From positions 1 to 9,863 of IMG/VR virus record IMGVR_UViG_3300018488_000069: a stretch of 9,863 nt of DNA; one strand, written 5' to 3'. The stretch comes from a virus. Taxonomy: Duplodnaviria; Heunggongvirae; Uroviricota; Caudoviricetes. Positions 7,426 through 9,863 of this stretch are shown piece after piece. The position numbers were made by a program, and so were the translations under genes. Each line of letters begins with the position of its first letter. Within the stretch, counting starts at the first letter, position 1. A model generated the notes under the pieces. It searched no databases, was not told the DNA's origin, and worked only from the letters and a program-made list of their open reading frames with translations.

Positions 7426-8049
7426 ATGGCGATAAAAGGTCTGGCGCAGGCCATGAAAAATCTGGATGCGATTAACCGCCGTGCCGTTCCCCGGGCTGCC
7501 GCCACGACACTTAACCGTGTGGCGGAGTCCATCATCGCGAAAACGGCCTCTTTGGTTGCCAGGGAGCTGGCGGTTCCGCGCCGTCTCATCCGTGAGCGTA
7601 TCCGCCTGCAACGGGCCAGCGCAGACAGGGTTTATGCGAAGGTCATCATCAACACCGGTAATCTGCCCGCCATAAAACTGGGGACGGCCAGCGTGCGGCT
7701 TTCCCGCAGAAAGCGGCGAAAGAAAGGTGAGCGTTCGGTCACGAAAGGCGGTGGCAGTGTGCTGATTGTCGGGAAACGGCGGATCCCGAATGCCTTTATC
7801 ACCCGGCTGGCTAACGGACGCTGGCATGTGATGCAGCGTATGCCGTGGGCATCATCGTCCACCGGCGCTGACAGCAAAGGGAGGCCGAAACGCCACCGTC
7901 TGCCGATCGAAGTGGTGAAGATTCCGACTGCCGGACCGCTGGCAGAAACCTTTGAACGTGAACGGGACCGGATGTACCGGGAAAAATTACCAGTGCAGAT
8001 GATGAAAGCCATGACGCATCAGTTACGCCTGGTGCTGAAAAGAAAATGA
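7426..8049 (+). CDS. Z: Tail completion protein (lambda gpZ-like)
   Basis: 207-aa ORF starting MAIKGL.., with basic stretch ..LSRRKRRKKG..GGGSVL.V..RRIP.AFI....NGRWHVMQR.., matching my recollection of lambda gpZ (192 aa) in sequence and position. Confidence 0.85.
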   Translation: MAIKGLAQAMKNLDAINRRAVPRAAATTLNRVAESIIAKTASLVARELAVPRRLIRERIRLQRASADRVYAKVIINTGNLPAIKLGTASVRLSRRKRRKKGERSVTKGGGSVLIVGKRRIPNAFITRLANGRWHVMQRMPWASSSTGADSKGRPKRHRLPIEVVKIPTAGPLAETFERERDRMYREKLPVQMMKAMTHQLRLVLKRK

Positions 8050-8061
8050 CAGGGAGGGTGT

Positions 8062-8460
8062 ATGAAACACCGGGAAATACGGGCGGCAGTTCTGTCAGCC
8101 CTGAAAGACAATATTTCTGAGCGGGTGAGCTGGTTTGACGGCCGCCCGGTTTTTATTGATGAACAGGAACTGCCTGCTGTTGCTGTTTACCTGACTGATG
8201 CGTCTGCTGCTGACGAGTTCGTTGATGAGGGGACCTGGGAGGCGACACTGCATATTGAAGTTTTTCTCAGGGCAAAAGAACCGGACTCGGCACTGGATAT
8301 GTGGATGGAAGAGAAAATCCTTCCTGCGCTGGAGGCGGTTCCCGGCCTCAGTGCGTTACTGCTGAAGATGAATCTTCAGGGGTATGACTACCGCCGGGAT
8401 GATGAGTTTATGATGTGGGGATCGGCAGATCTCCTGTGGAAAATTACCTACGAGATGTGA
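8062..8460 (+). CDS. U: Tail terminator protein (lambda gpU-like)
   Basis: 132-aa ORF (lambda gpU is 131 aa) with MKH.E.RAAVL.AL, ..PAVAVYLT.., ..LHIEVFL.. and C-terminal ..GYDYRRDD......SADL...ITYEM matching lambda gpU as I recall it. GGGAGGG precedes the start. Confidence 0.85.
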   Translation: MKHREIRAAVLSALKDNISERVSWFDGRPVFIDEQELPAVAVYLTDASAADEFVDEGTWEATLHIEVFLRAKEPDSALDMWMEEKILPALEAVPGLSALLLKMNLQGYDYRRDDEFMMWGSADLLWKITYEM

Positions 8461-8467
8461 GGACGAT

Positions 8468-9217
8468 ATGGCAATACCAAATCCTCTTGAGCCGGTGAAA
8501 GGTTCCGGCACCACACTATGGGTGTACACCGGCACTGGTGATGCTTATGCAAACCCGCTGTCAGACGATGAGTGGACGCGCCTGGCAAAAATAAAGGATC
8601 TGACACCCGGCGAGATGACGGCAGAATCCTACGATGATAACTATCTGGATGATGATGATGCGGACTGGGTATCCACCGGGCAGGGGCAGAAATCAGCAGG
8701 GGATACCAGTTTTACGCTGGCCTGGAAGCCCGGCGAGAAAGGGCAGCGCGATTTGATCGCCTGGTTTGACAGCAGTGAGACCCGGGCCTACAAAATCCGT
8801 TTCCCGAACGGCACGGTGGATGTGTTCCGTGGCTGGGTGAGCGCCATTGGTAAAGCGGTGACCGCCAGAGAGGTGATCACCCGTACCGTGAAGATCACCA
8901 ATATCGGCCGTCCGTCGCTGGCGGAAGATCAGGGGGACATCACGCCGGTCACCGGTATTACCGTGACGCCATCAACGGGCAATGTGGCAAAAGGTCAGAA
9001 TATCACCCTGACCGTGGCCGTTCAGCCGGAAGGGGCGACGGATAAAACCTTCCGCGCCACCTCGGCGAATCAGAATTTTGCGACCATTACCGTGAAAGGG
9101 AACACGATCACGGTGAAAGGTGTTGCGGCAGGTAAAGCGCAGATCCCTGTTGTCACCGGCAACGGTGAGTTTGCGGCGGTGGCGGAGATCACCGTCACGG
9201 ATGGTGCTACAGGCTGA
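8468..9217 (+). CDS. V: Major tail tube protein (lambda gpV-like) with C-terminal Ig-like (Big_2-type) domain
   Basis: 249-aa ORF (lambda gpV is 246 aa). N-terminal ..[66 protein letters not shown].. is near-identical to lambda gpV as I recall it. The C-terminal ~90 aa (nt ~8945-9214) is a Thr/Val-rich Ig-like domain. Confidence 0.9.
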   Translation: MAIPNPLEPVKGSGTTLWVYTGTGDAYANPLSDDEWTRLAKIKDLTPGEMTAESYDDNYLDDDDADWVSTGQGQKSAGDTSFTLAWKPGEKGQRDLIAWFDSSETRAYKIRFPNGTVDVFRGWVSAIGKAVTAREVITRTVKITNIGRPSLAEDQGDITPVTGITVTPSTGNVAKGQNITLTVAVQPEGATDKTFRATSANQNFATITVKGNTITVKGVAAGKAQIPVVTGNGEFAAVAEITVTDGATG

Positions 9218-9232
9218 GAGGGGAGATAAAGC

Positions 9233-9863
<631 letters not shown>

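Noticed and set aside
6775-8012. Minus-strand ORFs 6775-7227, 7227-7589, 7375-7827, 7632-8012 and plus-strand alternate-frame ORF 7466-7675
   Set aside because: Antisense or off-frame to the decoration-like, FII-like and Z-like genes, which have clear synteny and, for Z, sequence support.

Overview
This window is the late (morphogenesis) region of a lambda-like tailed prophage, read left to right on the + strand. It runs from a putative cos packaging site (~219-458) through small terminase (Nu1-like), large terminase (gpA-like), gpW-like head completion protein, portal, a single large 'tripartite' capsid gene (ClpP-like protease + linker/scaffold + major capsid domain), a small decoration-like protein, an FII-like head-tail joining protein, and tail genes Z, U, V and G. 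The G gene carries the lambda-type GGGAAAG -1 frameshift heptamer, but the T-frame extension stops after ~36 codons where an IS3-family insertion sequence begins (~9724); its left end and the first 22 codons of its transposase OrfA reach the window edge. Genes are tightly packed with overlapping stop/start codons; all minus-strand ORFs in the track are antisense to these genes and I regard them as spurious. I found no tRNA, rRNA, CRISPR array, or obvious defence/anti-defence cargo gene, so I cannot support a claim of a novel system here. The points most worth a second look are the IS-disrupted G-T chaperone (likely a tail-defective prophage), the fused protease-scaffold-capsid gene with a possible nested internal start, and the cos site candidate. 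All homology statements rest on reading the translated ORFs and recalling phage lambda proteins; no database search was run.
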